DNA of 64,000 nucleotides from an uncultured Gammaproteobacteria bacterium (lineage in GTDB: Bacteria; Patescibacteriota; Patescibacteriia; UBA9934; CAZDDW01): assembly GCA_964504365.1 (NCBI GenBank), contig CAZDDW010000002.1, positions 53,246 through 117,245 on the forward strand, in the 5' to 3' direction. Made by a program: the position numbers and the translations under genes. The notes under the pieces were generated by a model. The model did not search any database, had not been told where the DNA came from, and was given only the letters and a program-made list of their open reading frames with translations. Shown piece by piece: positions 9,869 to 20,262 of this stretch (positions are counted from its first letter, which is position 1; each line of letters begins with the position of its first letter).

Positions 9869-10195
9869 ATGAGTGAGGACGCAACCATATCGCAGATCCA
9901 AGATGCAGAAAAAGCTGCTGCAGATCGGATCCTTGAAGCAGAAAAAAGTGCTCAACAAACTATAAATCAGCTTGAGGACGGATATCAAGACAAGTTGTCA
10001 CAAGTGAAAGAAAGTCTTGATTCAGAACGAGGGCAAGTTGTAGAAAAAATCCAAAAACAAGCTACAGCCTTTAAAGAGGAGATTTGTGAACAATCAAAAA
10101 AAGAGATGACTGCGATGAAGAAGGATTCTGAAGGCAGAATCAGTTCAGCTGCTGGATACGTAAAAGATCAGTTTCTAGAATATGTCCGTCAGTAA
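9869..10195 (+). CDS. V/A-type ATP synthase peripheral-stalk subunit (G/H-like)
   Basis: A 108-aa charged coiled-coil protein that is the first gene of the V-type operon. Its size and position match ntpF/atpH. Confidence 0.5.
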   Translation: MSEDATISQIQDAEKAAADRILEAEKSAQQTINQLEDGYQDKLSQVKESLDSERGQVVEKIQKQATAFKEEICEQSKKEMTAMKKDSEGRISSAAGYVKDQFLEYVRQ

Positions 10196-12143
10196 AATGG
10201 CAAAAATCCGGTTGACTGCGGTAAAAGATGTTTATGATCAGGTGATCGACATCTTGCATTCTGATGGGGTAATCGAGATAGAACAGGTTGAGGCTGAAGA
10301 AAAGGACCTTTATCGTCCTGATTCAAAAGCTGAATATTGGCAAACTAACGTAAAGTTTGCCCTGGATTTGCTCAAGGACTATCAAGATGAAGAGAAAAAG
10401 AGCTTTTTAGACAAATTGAAAAGTGCAAAGCAGGAAGTTGATAATAGTGATATAGAGAAACTACTTTCTGAGTTTGATTACAAAAAAGTTGTTGCTGAAC
10501 TAGAAAATTTGGACAAAGAGCTTAACGCTGCTAAAAACAAGGTTTCTCAGTACAATAAAGAAAAGAAGTCGCTGCGCGAATGGCAAGGGCTGCCAAAATT
10601 AGAAACGCAAGATCTGCGTTTTGTTGTTTTTTATACCGGAACTGTGCCAGTGATTCATTTCGAAGCCTTTCAGAAAGCAGTGCTTGATCTTGGGACATCA
10701 GAATTGATTCGAATCAATGAAAGCGAGAATGAGATCCGTTTAGTTTTGATCGCTAGCAAAGATCTGGAAACCAAGCTAACAGAACTGTTCGAAACCCATG
10801 ACTTCAAGACGGTTGAGTTGGATCTAAACGGGGCAGGGGATATTGATCAGCGTTTGACTAAGCTGGATGAATTGATTGGGTTTGATCAGAAGGTGATGAC
10901 TGAAGTTCAGGACAAAATTAAAAAATTCGCACCGCATCTGAGCAAATTTCAGATCTTGTATGATTATTTAACATGGAAAAAAGAGCAGGATGACGCTTCT
11001 CGTAAAGCTTTGGTTACAGGCGAGACTGTTAGTTTGATTGGGTGGCTACCACAGAATAATATTGCAGATGTAAGTAAGCATATCGACACAGTAACCGATC
11101 AGTACATGATCGAGGAACTTGAGATCAAAGAAGATGAGAACATTCCAATCGTTCTGAGCAATCCAAAAGCAGTCACACCATTTGAATCTGTAACTGAAAT
11201 TTATGGCGCGCCATTATACAACGAACCGGATCCGACTATTTACTTAGCACCATTCTTTATTGTTTACTTTGCGCTTTGTTTAACTGACGCTGGATATGGA
11301 ATTTTGCTTTCGCTTCTTGCTTTCGCTGCTTTGAAACTAATGAAACCAAAAGGTTCAGCCAAGAAACTGATCCAGCTATTAATTGCTGGTGGAGTGGCCA
11401 CGTTTGTTGCTGGAGCGCTCTTCGGTGGTTGGTTTGGTATCGTAATTGCGGATCTGCCAAACGGTATAATCAAGGACGCGGTAAATGCAGTTCGTATCAT
11501 CGATCCTGTACAAAATCCAATGACCGTACTGATCATGTCACTGATTCTGGGTTTTATTCAGTTAGTTATTGGAAACTTGGTTGGTATGTTCTGGAAGATT
11601 CGTCATGGACAGGTCATGGATGGAATACTTGATAGTGGAGTCTGGGCTTTGTTCCTGCTGATGATTGGTTTCTGGATCACAGTTAAAGTCGAAGTCCTGC
11701 CAGTATCACTAATAACTTTTGCTAATGTTGTTCTACTGCTCGGAATCCTAATGCTGGTCGCAACACAAGGGCGTCAGCACAAGAACGTGTTCGTAAAAAT
11801 TGGAGCTGGTGTAGCAAGTTTGTATGGTCTGGTTGGATATTTAAGCGACGTGCTTAGTTACTCACGTTTGTTAGCACTTGGACTTTCAACCGGAATTATC
11901 GCCATGGTTGTTAACTTGGTTGCTGATCTGTTTGCTGGAATGATCCCGTTTGTTGGTTGGTTGGTCTGGATCCTGATTATTGTTGGCGGTCACTTATTTA
12001 ATTTGATTATCAATGTACTTGGAGCTTTTATTCACGCAGGACGTCTGCAGTATGTCGAATACTTCCCGAAATTCCTTGTCGGTGGTGGACGAAGATTCAA
12101 GCCGTTGGTAAAAGAAGCTAAATATATAACTATTAAAAGTTAA
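10182..12143 (+). CDS. ntpI: V/A-type ATP synthase subunit I (a-subunit)
   Basis: 653 aa. The N-terminal hydrophilic coiled-coil region is followed by ~7-8 TM helices. It is in operon context. Confidence 0.85.
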   Translation: MSVSKMAKIRLTAVKDVYDQVIDILHSDGVIEIEQVEAEEKDLYRPDSKAEYWQTNVKFALDLLKDYQDEEKKSFLDKLKSAKQEVDNSDIEKLLSEFDYKKVVAELENLDKELNAAKNKVSQYNKEKKSLREWQGLPKLETQDLRFVVFYTGTVPVIHFEAFQKAVLDLGTSELIRINESENEIRLVLIASKDLETKLTELFETHDFKTVELDLNGAGDIDQRLTKLDELIGFDQKVMTEVQDKIKKFAPHLSKFQILYDYLTWKKEQDDASRKALVTGETVSLIGWLPQNNIADVSKHIDTVTDQYMIEELEIKEDENIPIVLSNPKAVTPFESVTEIYGAPLYNEPDPTIYLAPFFIVYFALCLTDAGYGILLSLLAFAALKLMKPKGSAKKLIQLLIAGGVATFVAGALFGGWFGIVIADLPNGIIKDAVNAVRIIDPVQNPMTVLIMSLILGFIQLVIGNLVGMFWKIRHGQVMDGILDSGVWALFLLMIGFWITVKVEVLPVSLITFANVVLLLGILMLVATQGRQHKNVFVKIGAGVASLYGLVGYLSDVLSYSRLLALGLSTGIIAMVVNLVADLFAGMIPFVGWLVWILIIVGGHLFNLIINVLGAFIHAGRLQYVEYFPKFLVGGGRRFKPLVKEAKYITIKS

Positions 12144-12147
12144 AATT

Positions 12148-12621
12148 ATGGGATTAGGAATTGCTCTTGCGGTATGTGGTGCCGCATTAGCCATCGGTCT
12201 TGCCGGAGCTGGTTCAGCCCTAGGAATGGGTGCAGCTGGACAAGGTGCCGCTGGTGTTGTTTCTGAAGATCCAGAAAAGTTTGGTAAAGCATTGCTTTTC
12301 GAAGCTCTTCCAGGAACACAGGGAATCTACGGATTCTTGGCTGCGATCATGATCTTGCAGAAAATTGGTCTGCTTGGTGGTGAAGTTGTGGCAATAAGTC
12401 CAGAAACTGGTTGGGCCATTTTATTTGCTGGTTTACCAATCGCTATTACTGGTTTAAGTTCTGGTTGGATGCAGGGACGTGTATCTGCTGCAGGTATGGG
12501 TGTGCTAGCAAAACGACCAGGTGAAGCTGGAAAAGCAATCATTCTTTCAGCCATGGTAGAAACCTATGCTGTGCTTGGTTTGCTGATTACCATTCTCTTA
12601 GTCACTAGTATTTCCGTTTAA
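12148..12621 (+). CDS. ntpK: V/A-type ATP synthase proteolipid subunit K
   Basis: 157 aa with four TM helices and a Gly/Ala-rich proteolipid sequence (duplicated c-subunit type). Confidence 0.85.
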   Translation: MGLGIALAVCGAALAIGLAGAGSALGMGAAGQGAAGVVSEDPEKFGKALLFEALPGTQGIYGFLAAIMILQKIGLLGGEVVAISPETGWAILFAGLPIAITGLSSGWMQGRVSAAGMGVLAKRPGEAGKAIILSAMVETYAVLGLLITILLVTSISV

Positions 12622-12622
12622 T

Positions 12623-13186
12623 ATGGCATTGGCCGAAATTCAAAAACACATTCAAACCAAGGCCGATGAGCAGATCGCTAAGATTCAGGCTGCTTCAAGT
12701 AAGCAGGTTGAAGAGAGTAAAGAAGGGTGGGAAAAGAAGTTGGTTGATGAGCGCGAGCGAGTGCTGGCCGAGATCAATCGCAATGCTGATTCAAAGTTGA
12801 CTCAGGCAAAATTCAAGATCCGCGAGCGAATTAATGCTGAGAAGTTAAAAGCTAAGCAGGCTCAGATCAACGAAGTTTATAGCAAAGCCCTAGAAGCTTT
12901 GTCAGAATTATCAGATTCTGAATATACTGAGCTGATGGTTAAGCTGCTTAAAAGCCTAAAGGGAACCGAAGGCAGCCTGTCGACCTGTGCCAAACGCAAG
13001 GCTGAACTTGAACAAGCTTTGTCAAAAGCCGGCCTTAAAGTTGATATCAAAGATGACCTAGACTCTGTTGGTGGTTTTATCTTCCACACGGAAGCGACTG
13101 ATATCGACAATACATTTGAGACCTTGATTGACCAGACTAAGGAACAAACCTTAATTGATGTTCATGCAAAATTATTTAACACTTAG
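12623..13186 (+). CDS. ntpE: V/A-type ATP synthase subunit E
   Basis: 187 aa with an N-terminal coiled coil. It follows the K subunit, as expected from operon synteny. Confidence 0.75.
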   Translation: MALAEIQKHIQTKADEQIAKIQAASSKQVEESKEGWEKKLVDERERVLAEINRNADSKLTQAKFKIRERINAEKLKAKQAQINEVYSKALEALSELSDSEYTELMVKLLKSLKGTEGSLSTCAKRKAELEQALSKAGLKVDIKDDLDSVGGFIFHTEATDIDNTFETLIDQTKEQTLIDVHAKLFNT

Positions 13187-13191
13187 ACTCT

Positions 13192-14190
13192 GTGACTCAC
13201 GACGCCTACATCTACGCTAGCTCGAAGATTCGTTCGCTTGAACAGCACTTGCTTTCTGATTCGGACATGACACGTGTAATCGATGCCAAAACGCCAGACA
13301 TTGCTTTTAAGGCTTTTAATAGTCTTGATTATGCTGGTGAGCTTTTGGATTTAGAAGCCAAAGATTATCGTGTGGCAATGGATCGCAAAATGGCTCGGCT
13401 GAAAAAAGTGTTACATCATATTGTTCCTGACGAAGATCTTCATCGCTTGTTGTTCTTGGAGCGTGATTACTTTAATATTCGTTTCTTGTTAAAGACAAAG
13501 GCAGCAGGTGAAGATGCAAAGGATCTTTCAGAGCTATCACCTGGACTAGTTAAGGTAGATCAGCTCAAACGTTATATTATTGATGAACTGGAATCAGACA
13601 TCGACATTAAAGTTCAAGGTGATATCAATGATCTGCGATCTGAAATTGGGGAAGCAACTGATCCAGAAAAGATTGCCAACTTGGTTAACCAGAAAATGAA
13701 CAAACGCAATCGCGAACTAACCGAAAAGATTGACAATGCATTTATCACTGATCTTTATCGCTATCTTGCAGACATGAACAACATTCGCTTATTCCTGCGT
13801 GCTCGGCGTCTTGAAAAGAGTAAGGGTTGGTTTATGGAACGAGTTAATCAAACTGGAAATATTCCAGCGGATGTTTACGACAACATCTACGATAACAGTG
13901 ATGATGAGTCTTTACTAACACAGATGCGTGTTTTCTTGCCAGGTATTATCGAACCTGAGCTTGAAGAGTTTGCTAAGGACAAAGCTATCTGGCACATCGA
14001 GCTTGCACTACACAATGTGATTATCGAACACTTGCAAAAGGCAAAGATCATTGGTTATGGACCAGAAGTTGTGGTTGCTTACTTCTTTGCTAAGAAGTAC
14101 GCCATTCGCAACTTAAGTACAATCATGGCTCTTAAGTTCGGTGAGATTGAACCATTGGAAATCAGAAAACATTTAGTTAACGCTTACTAA
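13192..14190 (+). CDS. ntpC: V/A-type ATP synthase subunit C (V0 d)
   Basis: 332 aa and all-helical. It sits between E and F, as in characterised ntp/atp V-type operons. Confidence 0.75.
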   Translation: MTHDAYIYASSKIRSLEQHLLSDSDMTRVIDAKTPDIAFKAFNSLDYAGELLDLEAKDYRVAMDRKMARLKKVLHHIVPDEDLHRLLFLERDYFNIRFLLKTKAAGEDAKDLSELSPGLVKVDQLKRYIIDELESDIDIKVQGDINDLRSEIGEATDPEKIANLVNQKMNKRNRELTEKIDNAFITDLYRYLADMNNIRLFLRARRLEKSKGWFMERVNQTGNIPADVYDNIYDNSDDESLLTQMRVFLPGIIEPELEEFAKDKAIWHIELALHNVIIEHLQKAKIIGYGPEVVVAYFFAKKYAIRNLSTIMALKFGEIEPLEIRKHLVNAY

Positions 14191-14191
14191 T

Positions 14192-14518
14192 ATGCAGGAC
14201 TACAAAATAGGCATTATCGGAACCGAAGAGGCTGTGGCCGGATTTATGGCCTTGGGTGTTACTTGTTTTCCAATAACTGAAGACGATCAAATTAAAGAAA
14301 TCATTAATCAAATTAAAAACGACGCGTTTGCAGCAATCTTCATCACAGAAGACTGGGCAATTCGCGTTCGTGACCAAATAGATGAAGCTTTTCGGGATGC
14401 AGCTCTACCGGCCGTGGTGACTGTTCCGTCACCCGGAGGAGCCACTAAGGCTGGGCTCGAGAATCTGAAGAAAATTGTTGAGCAAGCTGTCGGAAGCGAC
14501 ATTCTATTTAACAAATAA
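14192..14518 (+). CDS. ntpF: V/A-type ATP synthase subunit F
   Basis: 108 aa; the N-terminus [19 protein letters not shown] is typical of subunit F. Confidence 0.8.
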   Translation: MQDYKIGIIGTEEAVAGFMALGVTCFPITEDDQIKEIINQIKNDAFAAIFITEDWAIRVRDQIDEAFRDAALPAVVTVPSPGGATKAGLENLKKIVEQAVGSDILFNK

Positions 14519-14522
14519 TTAT

Positions 14523-16274
14523 ATGGAGCAAAAACAAGGAAGCATTATTAAAATCTCTGGACCATTAGTTGTTGCCAAGGACATGAACGAGGCTCGTATG
14601 TACGACGTGGTTAAAATCGGTGAACAAAAGCTGGTTGGAGAGATTATTAAACTTGAAGGCGATAAAGCTTCGATTCAGGTTTACGAAGAAACAACAGGGT
14701 TGAAGCCAGGTGATCCGGTTTTCATGACTGGTATGCCACTTTCTGTGGAGCTTGGTCCTGGAGTTTTGAAGTCAATTTACGACGGTGTGCAGCGTCCTTT
14801 AAAGGACATCGAAGCTGTAGCACAGTCACCATACATTACTAAAGGAATCGATGTTCCTGGAATCGACCGTACAAAAGAATGGGAATTCAAGGCTGAGATG
14901 AATGATGGTGAGCCGGTTAAAGAGGGCGACGTACTTGGAACTATTCAGGAAACAGAATTGATTGTTCACAAAGTAATGGTGCCACCTGGTGTTAATGGAA
15001 CTGTTTCAGGAATCAAGAGTGGTAAGTTCAAAGTCGAGGATGTTGTCGCAACAGTTGATGGTAAAGAAATTACTTTGCTGCAAAAATGGCCAATTCGTGT
15101 ACCACGTCCTTACAAAGAAAAACTTACACCAAAGACACCATTGATCACTGGAACCAGAATCTTTGATACATTTTTCCCAATCGTAAAAGGTGGTGCTGGT
15201 TGTATTCCTGGCCCTTTTGGAGCAGGAAAGACAGTTACTCAACAATCACTAGCCCGTCTTTGTGACGCGCAGATTATTGTTTACATTGGTTGTGGAGAGC
15301 GTGGAAACGAGATGACTGAGGTACTTGATGAGTTCCCAGAACTGATTGATCCTACTTCAGGAAAGCCTTTGATGGAACGAACTGTGCTAATCGCAAACAC
15401 CTCAAACATGCCCGTGGCTGCTCGAGAGGCGTCAATCTACACTGGTATCACAATTGCTGAATATTACCGTGATATGGGCTATAACGTGGCCCTGATGGCT
15501 GACTCAACATCACGTTGGGCTGAAGCTTTGCGTGAAATTTCTGGACGTCTTGAGGAAATGCCTGGTGAGGAAGGATACCCTGCATACCTTGGATCACGTA
15601 CTGCAGCTTTCTACGAACGTGCTGGTTACGTTGACTGTCTTGGAGAAGATGATCGTAAAGGATCGCTCACTGCGATTGGTGCGGTTAGTCCTCCGGGTGG
15701 TGACCTTTCAGAGCCTGTGACTCAGAACACATTGCGTGTGACTAAAGTTTTCTGGGGACTGGATGCCAAGCTGGCATATCGACGACACTTCCCAGCGATT
15801 AACTGGTTGAACAGCTACTCTTTGTACAATGACAACGTTGAAGATTTCTCACGTCAAAACTATGGTGAGGATTGGCCAGAGATGAAAACTCAGGCAATGG
15901 GAATTTTGCAAGAAGAGGCAAGTTTGCAAGAGATTGTAAAGCTGGTTGGACTTGATGCTTTGTCTAGCAAAGAGCAGGTTACACTTGATACTGCTAAGGC
16001 GTTGCGAGAAGACTACTTGCAGCAGTTTGCTTTTGATGAAGTTGATGGATACACACCTCCGAAACGCATGCACTTGATGTTAAAAGCAATTCTAACATTT
16101 CACGAAGCCGCTTCTGATGCTGTAGACAAAGGTGCATCAGTCAAAGATATTACGGCTCTTGATGTAAAAGATAAAATTGCACGTGCCAAGACTGAGACTG
16201 ATGAATCAAAGCTGGCTGCACTTCAAAAAGAATCGCAGGAGCAGATTAAGTCAACCATTAACGCTGCTGCATAA
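14523..16274 (+). CDS. ntpA: V/A-type ATP synthase catalytic subunit A
   Basis: Walker A motif GPFGAGKT is present. The start is taken at MEQKQG immediately after the F stop. Length is ~584 aa. Confidence 0.9.
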   Translation: MEQKQGSIIKISGPLVVAKDMNEARMYDVVKIGEQKLVGEIIKLEGDKASIQVYEETTGLKPGDPVFMTGMPLSVELGPGVLKSIYDGVQRPLKDIEAVAQSPYITKGIDVPGIDRTKEWEFKAEMNDGEPVKEGDVLGTIQETELIVHKVMVPPGVNGTVSGIKSGKFKVEDVVATVDGKEITLLQKWPIRVPRPYKEKLTPKTPLITGTRIFDTFFPIVKGGAGCIPGPFGAGKTVTQQSLARLCDAQIIVYIGCGERGNEMTEVLDEFPELIDPTSGKPLMERTVLIANTSNMPVAAREASIYTGITIAEYYRDMGYNVALMADSTSRWAEALREISGRLEEMPGEEGYPAYLGSRTAAFYERAGYVDCLGEDDRKGSLTAIGAVSPPGGDLSEPVTQNTLRVTKVFWGLDAKLAYRRHFPAINWLNSYSLYNDNVEDFSRQNYGEDWPEMKTQAMGILQEEASLQEIVKLVGLDALSSKEQVTLDTAKALREDYLQQFAFDEVDGYTPPKRMHLMLKAILTFHEAASDAVDKGASVKDITALDVKDKIARAKTETDESKLAALQKESQEQIKSTINAAA

Positions 16275-16278
16275 ACAT

Positions 16279-17661
16279 ATGGAAAAACGATACAAGACAA
16301 TCAAAGAAGTCCAAGGGCCGCTCGTTATCGTTGAGGGCATCGAGGACGTTATGTATGAGGAAATGGTTGAGGTAGAACTTGGTGATGGAAGCAAGCGCAA
16401 AGGACGTGTACTGGAAATTACTGACAAGCACGCTGTGGTTCAGATGTTTGAAGGAACCAGCGGAGTTGATGTTGATAACTCAACAGCCACATTCCTAGGT
16501 AAGACCATGCAAATCGGTGTTTCAACTGACATGCTTGGACGTGTGTTCTCAGGAATCGGTGCTGCTAAGGATGGCATGCCAGATGTGATTCCAGAAAAAT
16601 ACTTGGACATTAACGGTGCACCAATCAACCCGTACTCACGAGAAATGCCTAAAGACTTTTACCAGACTGGTATCTCAACTATCGATGGACTAAACACTTT
16701 GGTGCGTGGACAAAAGCTGCCAGTGTTCTCTGGTGCTGGACTTCCACACAACGAGATCGCGGCGCAGATTGCGCGTCAGGCCAAGGTGATTGAAGAGGGA
16801 ACTAATGAGGAAGATTTCGCTGTTGTGTTCGGAGCCATGGGTGTAACCTTTGAAGAATCAGAATTCTTTATTAACGAGTTTAAGAAAACTGGAGCCATCG
16901 AACGTGCCACTTTGTTTATCAACTTAGCTGATGATCCTGTTGTTGAACGAATCACGTTGCCGCGCCTAGCTCTGACAACCGCAGAATATCTAGCCTTTGA
17001 AAAAGGTAAGCACGTGTTGGTGATCCTGACTGACTTGACCAACTATTGTGAAGCCTTGCGTGAGGTTTCTGCTGCTCGAAAAGAAATTCCTGGACGACGT
17101 GGTTACCCTGGATACCTTTACACTGACCTTTCAACTATTTACGAACGAGCAGGAAAGATGAAAGGCCGAAAGGGAAGCGTGACCCAGATTCCTATTCTAA
17201 CCATGCCTGAAGACGATATCACTCACCCAATCCCTGACTTGACTGGATACATTACTGAGGGACAGATCATTGTTTCACGTGACCTGTACCGACAAGGAAT
17301 TTATCCTTGTGTAAACGTGTTACCATCCTTGTCACGTTTAATGAAAGCCGGAATCGGTGAAGGACAGACTCGTGGTGATCACTCTGGTGTTGCTAACCAG
17401 CTCTTCGCTGCATACGCCACCGGAAAAGAAGCTCGTGAGCTGGCTGTGATTCTTGGTGAATCTGCTTTATCAGATGCTGAGCGTGCATACATTAAGTTTG
17501 CTGACGCATTTGAGAAAGAGTTTGTAACACAGGGCAAGGACGAGGATCGTGGGATTGAAGAAACCTTGAAGCTTGGTTGGAAACTAATGTCAATCTTGCC
17601 AAAACGAGAATTGAAACGTGTTAAGGAAGAAGAAATCGACAAGTATTTACCGAAAAATTAA
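16279..17661 (+). CDS. ntpB: V/A-type ATP synthase subunit B
   Basis: Non-catalytic B-subunit homology (GAMGVTFEE...[14 protein letters not shown]). The start is reassigned to ATG 16279, right after the A stop. Confidence 0.9.
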   Translation: MEKRYKTIKEVQGPLVIVEGIEDVMYEEMVEVELGDGSKRKGRVLEITDKHAVVQMFEGTSGVDVDNSTATFLGKTMQIGVSTDMLGRVFSGIGAAKDGMPDVIPEKYLDINGAPINPYSREMPKDFYQTGISTIDGLNTLVRGQKLPVFSGAGLPHNEIAAQIARQAKVIEEGTNEEDFAVVFGAMGVTFEESEFFINEFKKTGAIERATLFINLADDPVVERITLPRLALTTAEYLAFEKGKHVLVILTDLTNYCEALREVSAARKEIPGRRGYPGYLYTDLSTIYERAGKMKGRKGSVTQIPILTMPEDDITHPIPDLTGYITEGQIIVSRDLYRQGIYPCVNVLPSLSRLMKAGIGEGQTRGDHSGVANQLFAAYATGKEARELAVILGESALSDAERAYIKFADAFEKEFVTQGKDEDRGIEETLKLGWKLMSILPKRELKRVKEEEIDKYLPKN

Positions 17662-17782
17662 AAATAACCAATGACCAAATCACAATGATCAAAAAAATGA
17701 CCAAATAACCAATGTTCGAAAATTAGATCATTGTTTATTATCTCGGTCATTGATTATTGATCATTGGTCATTCACTGCCCAT
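17662..17782. promoter_or_regulatory. Array of direct and inverted AATGACCAA/TTGGTCATT half-sites between ntpB and ntpD
   Basis: ACCAATGACCAAAT occurs twice in direct orientation (17666-17679 and 17701-17714). GGTCATTG (17745-17752) and ATCATTGGTCATT (17762-17774) lie in inverted orientation just before the ntpD ATG. Confidence 0.5.
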
Positions 17783-18415
17783 ATGGCTAACGCACTAGGC
17801 GTCAACCCAACCCGACAAGAACTGCTAAAACTCAAGGTTAAACTTAAAACCTCTGAGCGTGGTTATAAGTTACTCAAAGACAAGCGTGATGGTTTGATGA
17901 AACAGTTCATGGAGATCATTCGTGAAGCCAAGGATCTGCGTGAAAAAGTTGAAGCTGATCTGTCAGTTGGATTTCAAGCTTACTTGTTTGCTTCTGCTAA
18001 GACTTCGCCAGATCTGTTGAAAAGCGCTTTCTTATTGCCTTCGATGAAAACTTATCTGCAGGCTGACGTGAAGAATGTCATGTCTGTGAACGTGCCAGTA
18101 TTCGAGTACAAGGAAGAAGGCGACTTTTTGTCTTATGGATTCAGTTTTACAGCCTCAGAGCTTGATACGGCGCTGAAGAGTTTCTCAGAAAGCTTGAAAG
18201 ATATGGTTCGTCTCGCTGAGGTAGAGCATAGCGCCAAGTTGCTAGCAGAAGAGATCGAAAAAACACGTCGACGAGTAAACGCGCTTGAATACGTCTTCAT
18301 TCCAAAGATGAAAGAAACAATCAAATACATCCAGGCCAAGCTAGCAGAACAAGAACGCGGAACGATTATCACACTGATGAAGGTCAAGGATATGTTGGTA
18401 GAACAGGAGGGATAA
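17783..18415 (+). CDS. ntpD: V/A-type ATP synthase subunit D
   Basis: The N-terminus MANALGVNPTRQELLKLKVKLKTSERGYKLLKDKRDGL is typical of subunit D. This is the last gene of the operon. Confidence 0.85.
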   Translation: MANALGVNPTRQELLKLKVKLKTSERGYKLLKDKRDGLMKQFMEIIREAKDLREKVEADLSVGFQAYLFASAKTSPDLLKSAFLLPSMKTYLQADVKNVMSVNVPVFEYKEEGDFLSYGFSFTASELDTALKSFSESLKDMVRLAEVEHSAKLLAEEIEKTRRRVNALEYVFIPKMKETIKYIQAKLAEQERGTIITLMKVKDMLVEQEG

Positions 18416-18429
18416 AATAGATTAAATAG

Positions 18430-18468
18430 GCGGGGTCCCTTGACCCCGCTTTTTGTTTATGCTAAGTT
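18430..18468 (+). terminator. Intrinsic terminator of the ATPase operon, fused to an islet promoter
   Basis: GCGGGGTC-cctt-GACCCCGC hairpin followed by TTTTTG. The TTGACC inside the 3' arm, followed by 17 nt and TGcTAAGTT, forms a promoter for the downstream islet gene. Confidence 0.7.
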
Positions 18469-18496
18469 CTGGCCAGGACATTGAAAGGAGACACTT

Positions 18497-19162
18497 GTGA
18501 AAATCGACGGAAACGAATTCGTTGTTGCTTCTTCTGACATCGGACGCATCAGAGCTGGGTACATCTTCATGCGCCGGGCTGAGCGAGAGGGCTGCCGGGT
18601 CGAAGACCTGGACAAGCTTCAGGTTCGTTTCCAAAACGGACCCGAGACAAGCTCGTATACCCAGGTGGAACTCCAGCACCTGCTCGACCTGATGGGCCAA
18701 TCTTGCAGCGAAACCGACGTCCTGCGTGAACTCGGGATCGTGCCCGGTTACCGCGGGCATCTGCCCCCGGCCTGGAAGGCCGCCTACCTCTACCGCGGTG
18801 ACCAGGAGTTCCTGCTCGGTGACATCTGGCTCGACGAGTCTGCTGTTTGCCGAATCGCCCGGCGTCTGCACAGCATGCAGCAGGACGAAGAAGAGCACTG
18901 CGTGACCGTTGTCCTGCGCGAGACCTTGCCCGAAGAACTCTTCGACAAGCCGGACCAACTCACGCCCGAACAGGTACGTGAGCATGCCGCCATCGTCATC
19001 AGGCATGGCGAAATCATCTTCAGCGTCCCGTCCCACCGTGACGGCTGGGGCCCGCGTGGATTCGGTGAGCTGGCCATCAGTGCACTGAATGGCAGCTTCC
19101 TGGCCCTACTCGAACACGCCAAGTTCACCTCCACCCGCCTGCACACGCCGGCAAGCTCCTAG
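18497..19162 (+). CDS. Hypothetical protein, paralog 1 of an islet-2 pair (GTG start)
   Basis: 221 aa in high-GC sequence, with an AAAGGAG SD 7 nt before GTG. It shares domain order and motifs with the next gene (…F(Q/E)NGP…Y..V.LQ.LLD.M..SC.E.D(V/I)LR…(I)VPG(Y/F)…). A hairpin plus T7 terminator lies at 19169-19195. Confidence 0.65.
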   Translation: MKIDGNEFVVASSDIGRIRAGYIFMRRAEREGCRVEDLDKLQVRFQNGPETSSYTQVELQHLLDLMGQSCSETDVLRELGIVPGYRGHLPPAWKAAYLYRGDQEFLLGDIWLDESAVCRIARRLHSMQQDEEEHCVTVVLRETLPEELFDKPDQLTPEQVREHAAIVIRHGEIIFSVPSHRDGWGPRGFGELAISALNGSFLALLEHAKFTSTRLHTPASS

Positions 19163-19254
19163 CACTTCAGCGACCACACTGGTCGCTTTTTTTATATCTT
19201 GACATAGCACTTAGTCCATGCTAAGTTCTGCTCAGCACCTTGAAAGGAGCGAAG

Positions 19255-19911
19255 ATGGAACCCACGCCAAACGGAGTTCACATTCTCGATACTGACATCG
19301 GCAATGTTTCTGCGCTAGACGTTTTCCGTCTCGACGCCGAGACCGAGCGTGAGCGCGACCTGGAGCACCCGGATCACATCCTGGTCACCTTCGAAAACGG
19401 CCCTGGGCCAGCTGAGTACGACCGTGTTGCTCTTCAGCTTCTGCTCGATCGCATGAGCATGTCCTGTGGTGAGGGCGACATCCTGCGCAAGATCAAGATC
19501 GTTCCTGGCTTCATGGGCATAACGTTTCCAGCCCACTGGGAGGACGTGGTCCTGTTCGATGGTAATGGCAATTACCTGGTCCACCCTGTCTCGCTCGACG
19601 AGGTCGCTGTGGTCCTTATCGCCAAGAGTCTGCATGACGAAAAGCTGTTCGGTGAGCGCCATGCCGTAGTCGTACTGCGTCGCTCAGACCTGCCCGAGGA
19701 CTGGAAGCCCGGTGATTCGATCGAGGCCGAGTTCATGATGAACACAGCCACCATCGTCATCAACCACAACAACGTCTACCTGCTTTCGTCTGGTGCCCAA
19801 CACTACAAGGCGATCAGCTTCGGTGACGTTCACATGGCCAAGCGCCAACAGCGTGACTCGCACTCCTTCACCATGTACACCTCGACCCGTTTGCGGCCGC
19901 CGATGCCGTAA
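19255..19911 (+). CDS. Hypothetical protein, paralog 2 of an islet-2 pair
   Basis: 219 aa with an AAAGGAG SD. The upstream leader ATGCTAAGTTCTG…TTGAAAGGAG is nearly identical to that of paralog 1. A CCCGC…GCGGG+T5 terminator lies at 19920-19940. Confidence 0.65.
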   Translation: MEPTPNGVHILDTDIGNVSALDVFRLDAETERERDLEHPDHILVTFENGPGPAEYDRVALQLLLDRMSMSCGEGDILRKIKIVPGFMGITFPAHWEDVVLFDGNGNYLVHPVSLDEVAVVLIAKSLHDEKLFGERHAVVVLRRSDLPEDWKPGDSIEAEFMMNTATIVINHNNVYLLSSGAQHYKAISFGDVHMAKRQQRDSHSFTMYTSTRLRPPMP

Positions 19912-19979
19912 CGCACACACCCGCCTCAGCGCGGGTTTTTAATTCGTGGAAAAGATGGGGATATTAAAAACAAAAACCC

Positions 19980-20008
19980 TTGACACGAATGCCTAGGATC
20001 GATACGCT
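19980..20008 (+). promoter_or_regulatory. Sigma70-like promoter (TTGACA-17-TACGCT) with no ORF downstream
   Basis: TTGACA is at 19980-19985 and TACGCT at 20003-20008. No ORF of 60 aa or more follows on either strand before the terminator at ~20232. Confidence 0.5.
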
Positions 20009-20015
20009 GGAAGTG

Positions 20016-20262
20016 AGCCGGGGATCGCGCTAGTTTAGTTAAGTTCAAGAGGGTAGGACTGTGAAAACAGAAACCGATCTGCGGGAGGAACAAAGCACTG
20101 AAAGAGACGGGGATCGCATAGGAAGCTATAAAGTCACTGCAACTCTACGAGTGTCATGACCTGATAAGGTACAGCCTTTCAAAGGGGGAAGACCCTGAAG
20201 AACACCTGGATTGGAGAACTCGGCTCAAACAAAAAACTGACCCTGCGGTCGGTTTTTTGTAA
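20016..20262 (+). ncRNA. Candidate ~245-nt small RNA (unclassified)
   Basis: Bounded by the promoter above and by a hairpin terminator ACTGACC-ctgc-GGTCGGT+TTTTTTGT at 20234-20262. The complementary ends GAGCCG (20017-20022) and CGGCTC (~20222-20230) can close a long stem. No coding potential was found. Confidence 0.4.

Noticed and set aside
16177-16278. Upstream extension of the ntpB ORF that overlaps ntpA
   Set aside because: A-subunit homology continues to its stop at 16274. B-subunit homology begins at [10 protein letters not shown] (ATG 16279). The extension is an out-of-frame overlap artefact.
18422-19920. Minus-strand ORFs (204, 118, 115 and 78 aa) antisense to the two paralogous islet-2 genes
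   Set aside because: These are GC-driven shadow frames. The sense-strand genes have SD sites, promoters, terminators and paralog conservation.
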